DNA from: Paraspadella gotoi
Lineage: Eukaryota; Animalia; Chaetognatha
DNA: 64,000 bases
NCBI GenBank assembly: GCA_051294375.1
Contig: CM119269.1
Span: forward strand, 23,392,554 to 23,456,553
Direction: 5' to 3'
The notes under the pieces were generated by a model that ran no database searches, had not been told where the DNA came from, and worked only from the letters and a program-made list of their open reading frames with translations. The translations under genes were made by a program, and so were the position numbers. Positions 15,008 to 28,261 of this stretch are shown piece after piece (positions within the stretch are counted from its first letter, which is position 1; every line of letters begins with the position of its first letter).

Positions 15008-15639
15008 TAAGGCGTAGTAAATTTCTAAATTAAACTTTAATTAAAATTCTAAAAGTGAGGATATTAACAACATCGGTAGTACTAATAACATTTATGTAAT
15101 AAAAAAAATTTATAATAATTTTTTACAATTTACGCAGTAGCCATATTTATACTAGTACTAATCAAATAAATATTAAAATGTTCAAAACAGGTTTTTTCTA
15201 AAATTTTTTTTGCTGATTTGGCATTCGTCATAAAAAAGTTGATAAAAAGAAATATAACTCTTTTTTGAAAAATTCCTTCATAAGTGGGTCAAAAATTAAA
15301 AAAAGCTATATTTTTAAGCCTGAAAATTAACTTTTTAATATTTAAATTTTAAGGGTGTTTTTTTTTAATTTTTAACCCACTTAATGAAAAGAATTTTTTA
15401 AAATGATTTATATTTTCTTTTATCAACTTTTGACGGAGGAATTCAAATCTGCAATCAAAATTAAGAAAAGCATATTTTGAAATTTTTCGATTTTATAAGG
15501 ATAGTACTATATATAAAATATAGCCTACTGCGAAAATTAAAAACACATAAATTAATTTTTACATTATTAGATATTCTACTGATGGTATTGTTGTTCATAA
15601 TGACATTTAGAATTTCGTATGTAACTTCACTACGTCTTA
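15008..15639. mobile_element. hAT-like foldback MITE, 632 bp, 8-bp TSD
   Basis: TSD ATAGTGAA at 15000-15007 and 15640-15647. Termini TAAGGCGTAGT / ACTACGTCTTA, with long imperfect internal inverted symmetry. The empty site TTCACTAT is present once near 29184 in the clean copy. Confidence 0.85.
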
Positions 15640-15810
15640 ATAGTGAAATATATAATTAAATGTAATCATAGTAATCTTGTAATTTTTCATAGTAATGGGC
15701 GAAATAACCATGTTAAGAATATTTACAAAATATTTTATAAACTTGATAACATTTTTAGCACCCTGTTGACGAGCGGCCCAAAAGTTACAGTAAGCGTTCT
15801 CTACATTTGG

Positions 15811-18176
15811 AGATTGTCATCTCCCAAATCCTCCGCCCCGGCGGGGCGCTCTAAGGGGCGGCACCCAGGGGGCAGACTATTCCAGGGGGCAGCCAAAATG
15901 GTCATTCAGGGCGCCCCCTCTGGATTTGCCTCAGGGGCCGCCCCAGGGGGTTCCCCCTGGGGCCAAACATTTTGAGGTCTATTAGGGGCGCCCCTAATGC
16001 TTAGCCCCCTGGGGCCAAAAAAAGTCTGCCCCCTGGGGTAACCCCTTGGGGAGCAAAAACTGCTCCCCCAGGGGCGAAGTTAAAGACGAGAGCAAAGGTT
16101 TTAGATGAGAAAATATACTTCTGACTTATGTTATATATCTGAGAATATCTCCTGTCTGTTACTCTCTCTTTTCTCTCCTTTTTCTTTTTCTCTCTCTCTT
16201 TTTCTCTTCTCTCTCTTTTTCTCTTCATCTTTCTTTTTCTCTCTCTCTCTTTTTTTCTCTCTATAGATTCTTTTTTTTTCTCTCTACAAGACTTGTTTTA
16301 TGCAACTGAATTAAATATACATATTTTCAAAATTATTGTTTACTCATTTATTCCATATTTATCTAAAAATATAATATTGTATTTTTAACCCAATTATTTT
16401 AATTTCAGTTAAAAGATATAGAAACAAGTTTTAACAAACAATGTAGGACGTAGCCACCACCAAAATTTAATGGTAAAAAAGCTAATCAGTCATTTCTCTT
16501 CTTTTTTTGTCTTTTTTATCTTTCTTTTTTTAATTTTTTTTTCTTTTTGTTGGAGGACATAACTGCATAGACTGATAGAGAGACATAATTAAAAAAAAAT
16601 ATTTCATAATTTGATGTTTAAAAAGAAATTAAATAAATCACTAACAACAAATTAATGGGTAGTGACTGACAAGACCTACTTAGTGAATTATGGAGTCCCC
16701 CCCAAAAAAACAAATAAAAAACTATTCATTAACACGTAAACGAGTTCTACATCGCTAAAATTAAATTTTATTTTATTTAAGATTTGTTAATTAATAATCG
16801 TCAGTTGTGATGCTTAAATGGAACTCACGTTGTTAAGAGAGGCTGGGGACATTTGAGAGAGAGAGTGAGCAAAACTTTATATCTCGCTCAATCACATACT
16901 TTTTCTACCCACACAAAAATTTATTCCAATCATCGTATTAATCACGAATAATTGGAGTTAATGCTAATATGGATGCGACTGATATTAATTAATTAAATCA
17001 TATAAATATTTTTTAATTAATTATTTTTTATAGTGAATTAAAAAATTAAAACCATCCTACTCTTTATTCTATAAAATGTTTAAGATAAAATTTTGTGTGT
17101 GCGGTTAGAAAAATGAAAGTAAGTTTTAAATGGAAAAACAAAATTACTTTACTTGAACATTTATTAAAAAATCTTTTTTGCACTCTATTTCTCTCTTCTT
17201 TTTTTAATTTCTATCGGATAAAATTATTAATGAGCTTAATTGTTTAAGGTTGATTTGTTGGACAAATTAATTAATTTGACCAAATTATCCAATTGTTCCA
17301 AATTATCCTAGTTGACCAAATTATGCAAAGGGTGACCAAAATATGACTGTTGACTAAATTAAGCAAATTAACCATTTATACCAGTTGACCATTTATGCCA
17401 ATTGACAAAGCTATGAAATTGACCAAAATTATGCAAGTCGACCAATTATGCGAGTTGATTTTTAATTATGCAAATGATTAAATTATGAAAGTTTACCAAA
17501 TATTGAAAGTTTACCAAATTATGAAATTTACCAAATTATTAAAGTTTACCAAATTATAAAAAGTTTAGCCAATTATGAAGGTTAAACTAAATTAAAACAA
17601 GTTAACTAAATTATAAAAAAATTACCAAAATTATAAAAGTTTACCAAATTATAAAAAGTTTACCAAATTTTTAAAAAGTTGATTAAATTTATATCAGTTT
17701 GACCAATTTATGTCAGTTGACCAAATTATGTTCAATTGACTAAATTATGCAAGGTGACCAAATTATGCAAGTTGGTATTGGGTGCAGCTATTGTTCATTG
17801 ATTGATAATTGAAGTGAAAAATAATTATTTTTTATTTTTATATTTTATGTAATGAAAGATGAAAATAGAAAAATAGATAGAGAAAGAGAGAGAAAGAGAG
17901 GGAAGAGAGTAGAGAGAGAGATAGGAGGCGAGAGAGAGCCGTTCCAGGGGCAGGAAAATCCATTCCCCTGGGGTATCCCCAGGGTGGCAAGGTTTTTATT
18001 AGCCCCTGGGGGATTCCCCCTGGAGTGGCCCGTTGGGGCTCCAAAAAAGAGGCTACAGGGGGCCGTCCCTAGGCGGTAAGGATTTGCCTGCCCCTCGGGG
18101 CCGCCCGCGGAGCCACCCGCGGGGCCGCCCCCAGCACCGCCCCGGGGGAAGCGATTCTGAAGGAGACATTACCTTG
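15811..18176. mobile_element. Non-autonomous DNA transposon, about 2.37 kb, probable 8-bp TSD, inserted in anoctamin exon 6 of the inverted copy
   Basis: Interrupts [12 protein letters not shown] cattgtgg at 18177-18184 versus catttgg at 15804-15810 (one base lost). GC-rich subterminal blocks with repeated CCCCWGGGG palindromes at both ends, and an internal ~18-bp tandem array. Absent at 29021-29031. Confidence 0.75.
17270..17775. repeat. ~18-bp tandem repeat (aagtttaccaaattat[ag]a) inside the 2.4-kb element
   Basis: Recurrent gttgaccaaattatgcaa / gtttaccaaattataaaa units. Confidence 0.85.
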
Positions 18177-21084
18177 CATTGTGGACACCATGACTATTAT
18201 TGCCATCAACCGAAACGTTGCAAATATCTTTGGTTGGATAGTTTATCATGCATTGTCGTTGCACCTAGTAGATAGTAGCAATGATTCCCGCGAGAGCCAC
18301 TTGGCCACCAGAAACGCAGTGTAAAAAGTCCCAACCAGGAAAATAAATGGCGTTTTTTCTCCAAAGTGAAAAACGAATTAAATGTAGGTTGTTGTTTGTA
18401 GAATTGAGAAAAATCTTCCCATTGATTGTTAGAGGCTGCTGTCGGTCTGGAATGCTAGAGAGAAGTAGGAAGAAAAACAAAAAGAACCAGCAGATGAATT
18501 TAAAAGATATTTGTACAAAAAGGTGAATTAAAAACTTTAAATAAATAATATAAAAACGAATCACCAAAATATAACACGTGACTTGACTCAGTAAATTAAT
18601 AAAAATAAAAAAAAAGAATGTGGCTTGACTCACCAGATATGAAAGTAGTAGTTTTCAAGCGTTTATTTCTTTTAATTCTTGCAAAATAAAACAAATGTAT
18701 ACAAAACACAAATTGTGGACTAAGTTAAGCAGAGGTTACATGTATTTTTACTTAAAGCTATTCTTTATCTTTTTATTTACCTTCCATAACATTTTCTGTT
18801 TCTCAACTAAATTGCTTTTGCTAAAAAAATAAAAAAAATTAAAAAATTGTAGCCAATTAATATCGGACATCAATAACTACTAATAGAAATTACTTCTAAT
18901 TTTGTCATCAAAATTTACTCTTCATCCTATTTTTCACGCTTCTTTCTCCCTTTTAAATACAAATTTAATCTCTCTCTTCTCCTCTCTCCCTCTCTCTCTC
19001 TTACTCTCTCTACCTCTTCATCTCTCTCTGTCTAACCTCAATGATATGCTTGCAGCGTTAGAATTTGTCTCGTCTTTCTCATACGTTCTTCCATCGTGCA
19101 AAGGATAAAGCAGCGGAAATAAACGTTTTTGCTTTCAGAAGGTGGATCAATCCCAATTTTCGTTCTCTGTGTAGTTGGGGAACAAACAGTTGTTAATAAT
19201 TAAGAAGAGAAAAACATTACCATTCTGGTTCCCTTATCTAAGATAAAAGGATTCTTTTTTACCCCAGCCCATGTTCATTTTTAGTTATTCTAACCACCAG
19301 TTTAATTACTTGTGTCAAACTATCCAGGCTTAAACTTCTCAACTAACCCTTTCACCCACTTTTTAACCATAACTAGGCCATAGCCGATGAAATTTAAATG
19401 GCTAATGCATTACAGCGTTAAAATAATCTATCATGTCATTAGAATTATGGTATAAATATTTTTGTTCAAAAATTGCTTTCTTTCTGAGGGTACTCGCCCT
19501 AATTAAAATATAATATTACTATATGAGCAAAAAATATTTTTTTAAAATCTTAAAATTTTTTGATGGATTCTGATAGAGCATAAAAAAGTTAAAACAGAGA
19601 AATATAATTACAGCTTTTAAAAATTCATACCGTTTCTAAGTGAAAATATAAAAAAACTGATAAAATCATCGAAAGATGATGATGATGATGATTTTTTACA
19701 GTTTTTCTTATTTTTGACCACACTTATCGTAAAAATATTTAAAAAAGAATCATACTTTGTGTAGACAACTTTTTATGAGCTATCTGAATCTGGTCTTAAA
19801 ATTTTTAAAATTCAAAAAAAAATTTTTGGCCTTTCCTATCTATAAATAAATATTAAAAAATTAATTACTAGGGTTATAGAGCCATATTAGAAATTTTTGG
19901 GTCCATTTGAAAATTTTCTTAAAAATGTCTAAATATTCGTTTGAGCATGTACTCACTCAAATTTTTGACTCACCCCATTGAGTGCGGCTACCCCTACCAT
20001 AACAATCTTTTTAAGCATCCATTAACCACCCTTTAACCACCCAATAACCACCAAATTTAACCTCCTTTCCTCTTCGTAAGCGCTCTCTTGCCAAGTGTCG
20101 TAAGTGAGACGACTTCTTTGAGCAGAAGAGAAAACGTCTCTTTATTTTCGATTCTAAAAATTCCATTTTCGAACCGATTGAAGGCGCAAGTGTAGAAATC
20201 CGGCGGCTTCCGATACGACTGCTGTCGACGCGGAACGGCTGCGTCATCTTAGTCCAGAGGCTCGTCGAGATGCGCCCGAGAAATTCTCGTCGTCGTCGTC
20301 TTCGTCGTCCGCACGGATCGGCATTTTTAGCGGGACTTTGTGGGAAAAATGGGAAGGGAGATAAAATCCAACCAATCAATCCAACCAATCAATCCAACCA
20401 ATCAATCGATCGATCATTTTAAGGCGGGACTTTTTGGGGAGAAATGGGAAGGGAGATATATCCAACCAATCAATCCAACCAATCAATCAATCGATAATTT
20501 TAAGGCGGACTTTTGGGGGGAAAATGGGAAGGAGATAAATCCAACTAATCAATCCACACCAATCAATCAATCGATCATTTTAAGGCGGGACTTTTTGGGG
20601 GGAAATGGGGAGATAAATCCAACCAATCAATTCCAACCAATCAATCAATCGATCATTTTAAGGCAGGACTTTTTGGGGGAAAATGGGAAGCGGAGATAAA
20701 TCCAACCATTCAATCCAACCATCAATCAATCGATCATTTTAAGGCGGGACTTTTTGGGGGAAAATGGGAAGAGAGATAAATCCAACCAATAAAATCCAAC
20801 AATCAATCGATCGATCCAACCAACTCACCATTTCCGCTCTTAAACACAAGACGTCCAAGGGGCGTGGACTTTAACAAATGTGGTCTTCGTCGTCGACCGT
20901 CGTCGCGGGAGCGACCGTTTCCCAACTCGAGACCAAATTCTTCCTTCAAGGAACATTCGAAGGTCGACCTTCGTTGTTGTGCTTTGACTTCTGCTTCGTC
21001 GTAGTCTGCACCTGTCTACAGGAGGAGATGCAGGAGGGGATGCAGGAGGGGATGCAGTTTGGTTAATTAAGAGAATTAAGATTA

Positions 21085-21339
21085 GAGACAGTTTGAGTTT
21101 AGTTTTGAACAACGATTTTTATTTTAATTCAAAAACGACATGTTTCGGCTTCATTTCAAGCCTTCATCAGCATTAGTGAACTTTGAAATATTTTTTGTTG
21201 TAAAGGAAGAGATGAAAGAGAGATAAACAGAGAGAGAGAGAGAGAGAGAGGGCAAAGTTCCAACACAGAGTTTAGAAAGGACAGTGGTCAATTGGTGAGA
21301 AAAAGGACAGAGTAAGTTGTGAAAAGAAGGTAAATGGTG

Positions 21340-21378
<39 letters not shown>

Positions 21379-21500
21379 CATGGCAAAATCTTTACATTGT
21401 GTAATGTATAACAATAGAAAACGTTGTCAAAACTTAAACTCAAACTGTCTCTCTAATCGTCCCAAACAACGAAAAAGAAAGGATTTATATCACAATGTTC
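21085..21500 (-). mobile_element. Short Penelope-like/retrozyme-type insertion with 15-bp flanking direct repeats, inverted terminal segment and hammerhead motif
   Basis: Direct repeat AGAGAATTAAGATTA at 21070-21084 and 21501-21515. Inverted repeat 21081-21114 versus 21421-21457. Absent from the clean copy (single site near 26318-26332) and from the noisy direct copy (near 9475). Confidence 0.65.
21133..21174 (-). ncRNA. Minimal type I hammerhead ribozyme motif
   Basis: Minus strand AATG-CTGATGA-A-GGCTT-gaaatg-AAGCC-GAAA-C-at-GTC-gttt: conserved core, 5-bp stem II, palindromic ACATGT stem III. Stem I pairing needs one lost C. Confidence 0.6.
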
Positions 21501-21645
21501 AGAGAATTAAGATTAAAACCAATAGAACTTTCTTAGCTAACCCTACTCACTTTTACTTCATAAGCCAAAATGAAATCGATTCTCCGAATTCCGTCCTCAA
21601 AATAAAGTTATGCACCTGAGATTAAAAATGAAAAATTTAGGATTT

Positions 21646-21691
<46 letters not shown>

Positions 21692-23931
21692 GTCTCTCTC
21701 TCTCTATCTTTGAACCACTCTGAAATCCGGTTCCTCCTTCTCTCTCTCTCTCCCTCTTTTCCCCCCTCTCTCTATCTTTTTCTCTCTCTCTCCAATGACG
21801 CATTTTGGTTCCTTTATCTCTCTTCTCTCTCTCTCTCTCTCTCTCTCGTCGTCTCACTCTTCTCTCTCTTTCTTTCTTCCTTTCTCAGCTCTTTCCTTCT
21901 CAACCCCTCCTCCCCTCTCTCTTTCTCCCTTCCTCCCTTCTCTTTCTCCCTCTCCTCCCCCCCGTCTCACTCGTCCTCCTCTCGTCCCCTCTCTCTCACC
22001 TCTACTTCTCTGTCTCTTCTCTCACGACTCCTCGAAATTCCTGTCCCATCCATCTCTGGCGTAGAAATTTCTCCTCGGGGCGAGTCGACTCGTTTATCTT
22101 GTCGGAGCGGCGCACGTCGTGCGCGATTCGTAGCAGGTTGACGATCTGCATCTGTTTCGTCGGTCTGTCCATCGGATTGGCGGGTATGGGCATCGAAACC
22201 GAGAGAGGCAGGGTCGTCGAGCGGGGCACTGGGGCGGGCAACAGGAGCGGGCGAAGGAGCGGCGACTCTGCTGCAAGCGAAGGACGCGTTTGTTTCGCCC
22301 TAATCCTTCGAAACCCAATTTCCATTTTTTGGAGCATTTAACAAATTTGAATAATTAGCATTTCTGATAAAAAAAAATAAGATTTGTGGATTACTGGATT
22401 ACTGGTACCAACCATTAATGTTCATGACTTTGGACACGCTATGTTACGGCCTGTTTATGAAATTGGTACAACCAATATAAAAATTATACATTCATTTAAT
22501 AAATAAGCTAATCTTGCCCCTGACTTTGGACAGGCTTTGGTGGTTTAAGGCCTACATCACTCTTACAAGAAAAAGATACATAGCATATTTTTAATTTCCA
22601 TGGTTTTAATCTGAAATTTGATATAAATTAAAATTACAGAGCAAAAATCTTATTTGCATATTGCGGTGTCTGCAGAGTCAAAATAATTGTTACTAATTTG
22701 CGGTAAAATTATTTCATCATTCAAATAACGTTAGCTTTTTGTTATTCTTTTATGATATTTTATTATTTTAAATTATTAATATTTTTCTGTTAATCTTATT
22801 ATTACTTATTATTTCTCAAATGTCCCGTACTCTAATCAATTCAAATAGTTTTTTTTAATCCTCACTGATTTTTTTAGATTAGGATTTATTCGCGTTCATT
22901 TATTCACGCTTTTCATTTCTTGGGAAAGTCACTTGGTGACTTCATAGCAATTGTTCATTTTCTTTTTTGTATATATCAAATATTATGTCGTTGTCCATGT
23001 TATGGTTATGTTTTAACGTACAATATGTAATGGGTATTGTTAATGTGTTAATGGTGATTTATTTTAAAGATTGAGATAGAGTTTATTCCAATTATCATTT
23101 ACATATTGTTGCAGTTTTAGATCATTTCTCATATCTTTTAATACGGTTTTCATGAGAAGTCTTATTTTACTATACTTTACTATTCTTTACTTTATAATAC
23201 TTTTAATAGGGTTTAATAATATTGCCCCCGTCCTGTTATGGTACGGTTAAAAATAAATTATTTTCTTGGTTTAGAAACACTTATAATTAATTTATTACAT
23301 TAATTTTTTTTTTTTAGTTAATAAAGAAAATTTACGCCAACAAAAATACTTACCTTTGTTATCGAAATCAATTCTTCTTCAATGTACATGATGAGAACGA
23401 TTTTATTGTTACTGTGTGGTTAATTATTGTTACTTTTTAAAGTTCAACATATAAAATAACTTTGTTTATTCGATTGTAATGAGTTAAACTAGTTTTATGA
23501 ATAAAATCCCAGATGACATGAATCGTGTTGAGAAGTTGGTATTAGATATACTGTTTTGATATTTTTAAAAGTCTCCAAGATGTGAAACTGAAATTTTATT
23601 AATTATGAAGATTGTTTTAATTTTTATTATAAAAATGTATGCATTGAATTATAACAAAAAAGTCATTTCGATATTTTATTTATTCAGTTGCGGTTAGAAT
23701 AAAAAAGAATGAAATTTTGTTCAAAACGTTAAACATTAGGCGCCTTATTTAGTTAACTAACCGAAAACAATGATTTTAAAACTTTTTTAAAAAAATATTT
23801 CGTGGCGGACGAGACTAAAAATTTGAAAGCAGCAACGAGTCTCTCATGAATCATCGTAACTAACAAGAGAAAAAACCGTGGGAAAAGTATAAAGAGGAGA
23901 GAGAGAGAGAGGCAAGAGAGAAGAGGAGAGG

Positions 23932-23976
<45 letters not shown>

Positions 23977-25315
23977 AGACTACGGTTTTTTCTCTTGTTT
24001 AGTTACGATGATTCATGAGAGACTCGTTGCTGCTTTCAAATTTCTAGTCTCGTCCGCCACGAAATATTTTTTTAAAAAAGTTTTAAAATCATTGTTTTCG
24101 GTTAGTTAACTAAATAAGGCGCCTAATGTTTAACGTTTTGAACAAATTTCATTCTTTTTTATTCTAACCGCAACTGAAATAAATAAAATATCGAAATGAC
24201 TTTTTGTTATAATTCAATGCATACATTTTTATAATAAAAATTAAACAACTCTTCATAATTATAAAATTTCAGTTCACATCTTGGAGACTTTTAAAAATAT
24301 CAAAACAGTATATCTAATACCAACTTCTCAACACGATTCATGTCATCTGGGATTTTATTCATAAACTAGTTTAACTCATTACAATCGAATAAACAAAGTT
24401 ATTTTATATGTTGAACTTAAAAAGTAAACAATAATTAACCACACAGTAACAATAAAATCGTTCTCATCATGTTACATTGAAGAAGAATTGATTTCGATAA
24501 CAAAGGTAAGTATTTTTGTTGGCGTGAATTTTCTTTATTAAACTAAAAAAAAAAAAATTAATGTAATAAATTAATATAAGTGTTTCTAAACCCAAGAAAA
24601 TAATTTATTTTTACCGTACCATAACAGGACGGGGGCAATATTATTAAACCCTATTAAAAGTATTATAAAGTAAAGAATAGTAAAGTATAGTAAAATAAGA
24701 CTTCTATGAAAACCGTATTAAAAGATATGAGAAATGATCTAAACTGCAACAATATGTAAATGATATTGAATAACTCTATCTCAATCTTTAAAATAAATCA
24801 CCATTAACACATTAACAATACCCATTACATATTGTACGTTAAAACATAACCATAACATGGACAACGACATAATATTTGATATATACAAAAAAGAAAATGA
24901 ACAAATTGCTATGAAGTCACCAAGTGACTTTCCCAAGAAATGAAAAGCGTGAATAAATGAACGCGAATAAATCCTAATCTAAAAAAATCAGTGAGGATTA
25001 AAAAAAACTATTTGAATTGATTAGAGTACGGACATTTGAGAAATAATAAGTAATAATAAGATTAACAGAAAAATATTAATAATTTAAAATATAAAATATC
25101 ATAAAAGAATAACAAAAAGCTAACGTTATTTATGAATGATGAAATAATTTTACCGCAAATTAGTAAACAATTATTTTGACTCTGCAGACACCGCAATATG
25201 CAAATAAGATTTTTGCTCTGTAATTTAATTTATTCAAATTTCAGATTAAAACCATGAAATTAAAATATGCTATGTCTTTTTCTTGTAAGAGTGATGTAGG
25301 CTTAAACCACCAAAG

Positions 25316-25392
25316 CCTGTCCAAAGTCAGGGGCAAGATAGCTTATTTATTAAATGAATGTATAATTTTTATATTGGTTGTACCAATTTCAT
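25316..25392. repeat. Dispersed repeat family (ccaaagtcaggggcaagatagct...tatattggttgtaccaattt)
   Basis: Related full or partial copies at about 31573-31630, 40125-40185, 42946-42965, 47021-47183, 62990-63013 and 5240-5320, in both orientations. Confidence 0.7.
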
Positions 25393-25528
25393 AAACAGGC
25401 CGTAACATAGCGTGTCCAAAGTCATGAACATTAAAATGGTTGTACCAAGTAATCCAAGTAATCCACAAATCTTAATTTTTTTTAATCAGAAATGCTAATT
25501 ATTAAATTTGTTAAATGCTCACAGAAAA

Positions 25529-26150
25529 ATGGAATTGGGTTTCGAAGGATTAGGGCGAAACAACGCGTCCTTCGCTGGAGCAGAGTCGCCCGCTCCTTCG
25601 CCCGCTCCTGTGCCCGCCCCAGTGCCCGCTCACGACCCTGCCTCTCTCGGTTTCGATGCCCTATACCCGCCAACCGATGGACAGACCGACCGAACAGATG
25701 CAGATCGTCACCTGCTAGAATCGGACGACGTCGCCGCCCGACAAAGATACGAGTCGATCGCCCCGAGGAGAATTTCTACGCCAGAGATGGAGGGACAGGA
25801 ATTTCGAGGAGTCGTGGAGAGAGACAGAGAGAGAGGTGAGAGAGAGGGGGAGAGAGAGGGAGAGAGTNNNNNNNNNNNNNNNNNNNNNNNNNNNNNNNNN
25901 NNNNNNNNNNNNNNNNNNNNNNNNNNNNNNNNNNNNNNNNNNNNNNNNNNNNNNNNNNNNNNNNNNNNNNNNNNNNNNNNNNNNNNNNNNNNNNNNNNNN
26001 NNNNNNNNNNNNNNNNNNNNNNNNNNNNNNNNNNNNNNNNNNNNNNNNNNNNNNNNNNNNNNNNNNNNNNNNNNNNNNNNNNNNNNNNNNNNNNNNNNNN
26101 NNNNNNNNNNNNNNNNNNNNNNNNNNNNNNNNNNNNNNNNNNNNNNNNNN

Positions 26151-26188
<38 letters not shown>

Positions 26189-28215
26189 CTAAATTTTTCA
26201 TTTTTAATCTCAGGTGCATCACTTTATTTTGAGGACGGAATTCGGAGAATCGATTTCATTTTGGCTTATGAAGTAAAAGTGAGTAGGGTTAGCTAAGAAA
26301 GTTCTATTGGTTAGTTTTAATCTTAATTCTCTTAATTAACCAAACTGCATCCCCTCCTGCATCCCCTCCTGCATCTCCTCCTGTAGACAGGTGCAGACTA
26401 CGACGAAGCAGAAGTCAAAGCACAACAACGAAGGTCGACCTTCGAATGTTCCTTGAAGGAAGAATTTGGTCTCGAGTTGGAAACGGTCGCTCCCGCGACG
26501 ACGTCGACGACGAAGACCACATTTGTTAAAGTCCACGCCCCTTGGGACGTCTTGTGTTTAAGAGCGGAAATGGTGAGTTGGTTGGATCGATCGATTGATT
26601 GGTTGGATTTATTGGTTGGATTTATCTCTCTTCCCATTTTCCCCCCAAAAAGTCCCGCCTTAAAATGATCGATTGATTGATTGGTTGGATTGATTGGTTG
26701 GATTTATCTCCCTTCCCATTTTCCCCCCAAAAAGTCCTGCCTTAAAATGATCGATTGATTGATTGGTTGGATTGATTGGTTGGATTTATCTCCCTTCCCA
26801 TTTTCTCCCCAAAAAGTCCCGCCTTAAAATGATCGATCGATTGATTGGTTGGATTGATTGGTTGGATTGATTGGTTGGATTTATCTCCCTTCCCATTTTT
26901 CCCCCAAAAAGTCCCGCCTAAAAATGCCGATCCGTGCGGACGACGAAGACGACGACGACGAGAATTTCTTCGGGCGCATCTCGACGAGCCTCTGGACTAA
27001 GATGACGCAGCCGTTCCGCGTCGACAGCACCGTCGTATCGGAGCCGCCGGATTTCTACACTTGCGCCTTCAATCGGTCGAAAATGGAAATTTTTAGAATC
27101 GAAAATAAAGAGACGTTTTTCTCTTCTGCTCAAAGAAGTCGTCTCACTTACGACATCTTGGCAAGAGCGCCTTACGAAGAGGAAAGGAGGTTAAATTGGT
27201 GGTTATTGGGTGGTTAAAGGGTGGTTAATGGATGCTTAAAAAGATTGTTATGGTAGGGGTAGCCGCACTCAATGGGGTGAGTCAAAATTTTGAGTGAGTA
27301 CATGCTCAAACGAATATTTAGACATTTTTAAGAATATTTTCAATGGACCAAAATTTTCTAATATGGCTCTATACCCTAGTAATTAATTTTTTAATATTTA
27401 TTTATAGATAGGAAAGGCCAAAAATTTTTTTTGAATTTTAAAATTTTAAGACCAGATTCAGATAGCTCATAAAAAGTTGTCTACACAAAGTATGATTCTT
27501 TTTTAAATATTTTTACGATAAGTGTGTCAAAAATAGAAAAAACTGTAAAAAATCATCATCATCATCATCTTTCGATGATTTTATCAGTTTTTTTATATTT
27601 TCACTTAGAAAACGTATGAATTTTTAAAAGCTGTAATTATATTTCTTGTTTAACTTTTTATGCTCTATCAGAATCCATCAAAAAATTTTAAGATTTTAAA
27701 AAAATATTTTTTGCTCAATATAGTAATATTATATTTTTAATTAGGCGAGTACCCTCAGAAGAAAGCATTTTTGACAAAAAATATTTTAATACCATAATCT
27801 ATGATCATGATAGATTATTTTAACGCTGTATGCATTAGCATTTAAATTTCATCGGCTATGGCTAGTTATGGTTAAAAAGTGGGTGAAAGGGTTAGTTGAG
27901 GAAGTTTAAAGCCTGGATAGTTGACAAGTAATTAACTGGTGGTTAAGAATAACTAAAAATGACATGGCTGGGGTAAAAAAGAATCCTTTATCTTAGATAA
28001 GGGGAACCAGAATGGTATGTTTCTCTTCTTAATTATTAACAACTGTTTGTCCCCAACTACACAGAGAACGAAAAATTGGCATTGATCCACTTCTGAGCAA
28101 AAACGTTTATTCCGCTGCTTATCCTTTGCACGATGGAGAACCGTATGAGAAAGACGAGACAATTCTAACGCTGCAGCATAAATCATTGAGGTTAGACAGA
28201 GAGAGATGAAGAGGT

Positions 28216-28261
<46 letters not shown>

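Larger units (their letters stand above)
10765..23879 (-). pseudogene. Inverted, indel-rich partial copy of the anoctamin locus (exons 1-13); probably an assembly gap-fill from a different haplotype
   Basis: Reverse complement of 23982-33090 (10765 ggacccgaatag matches 33076-33090; 23866 gagaaaaaaccgt matches 23982 acggttttttctc). Scattered 1-bp indels break every larger exon and increase leftwards. It is bounded by an exactly 25-N gap and a GA microsatellite, and carries three insertions absent from the clean copy. Confidence 0.8.

Noticed and set aside
10765-23879. A second functional anoctamin paralog
   Set aside because: Frameshifts in all larger exons, exons 14-16 missing, introns as conserved as exons, and an error profile matching long-read noise.
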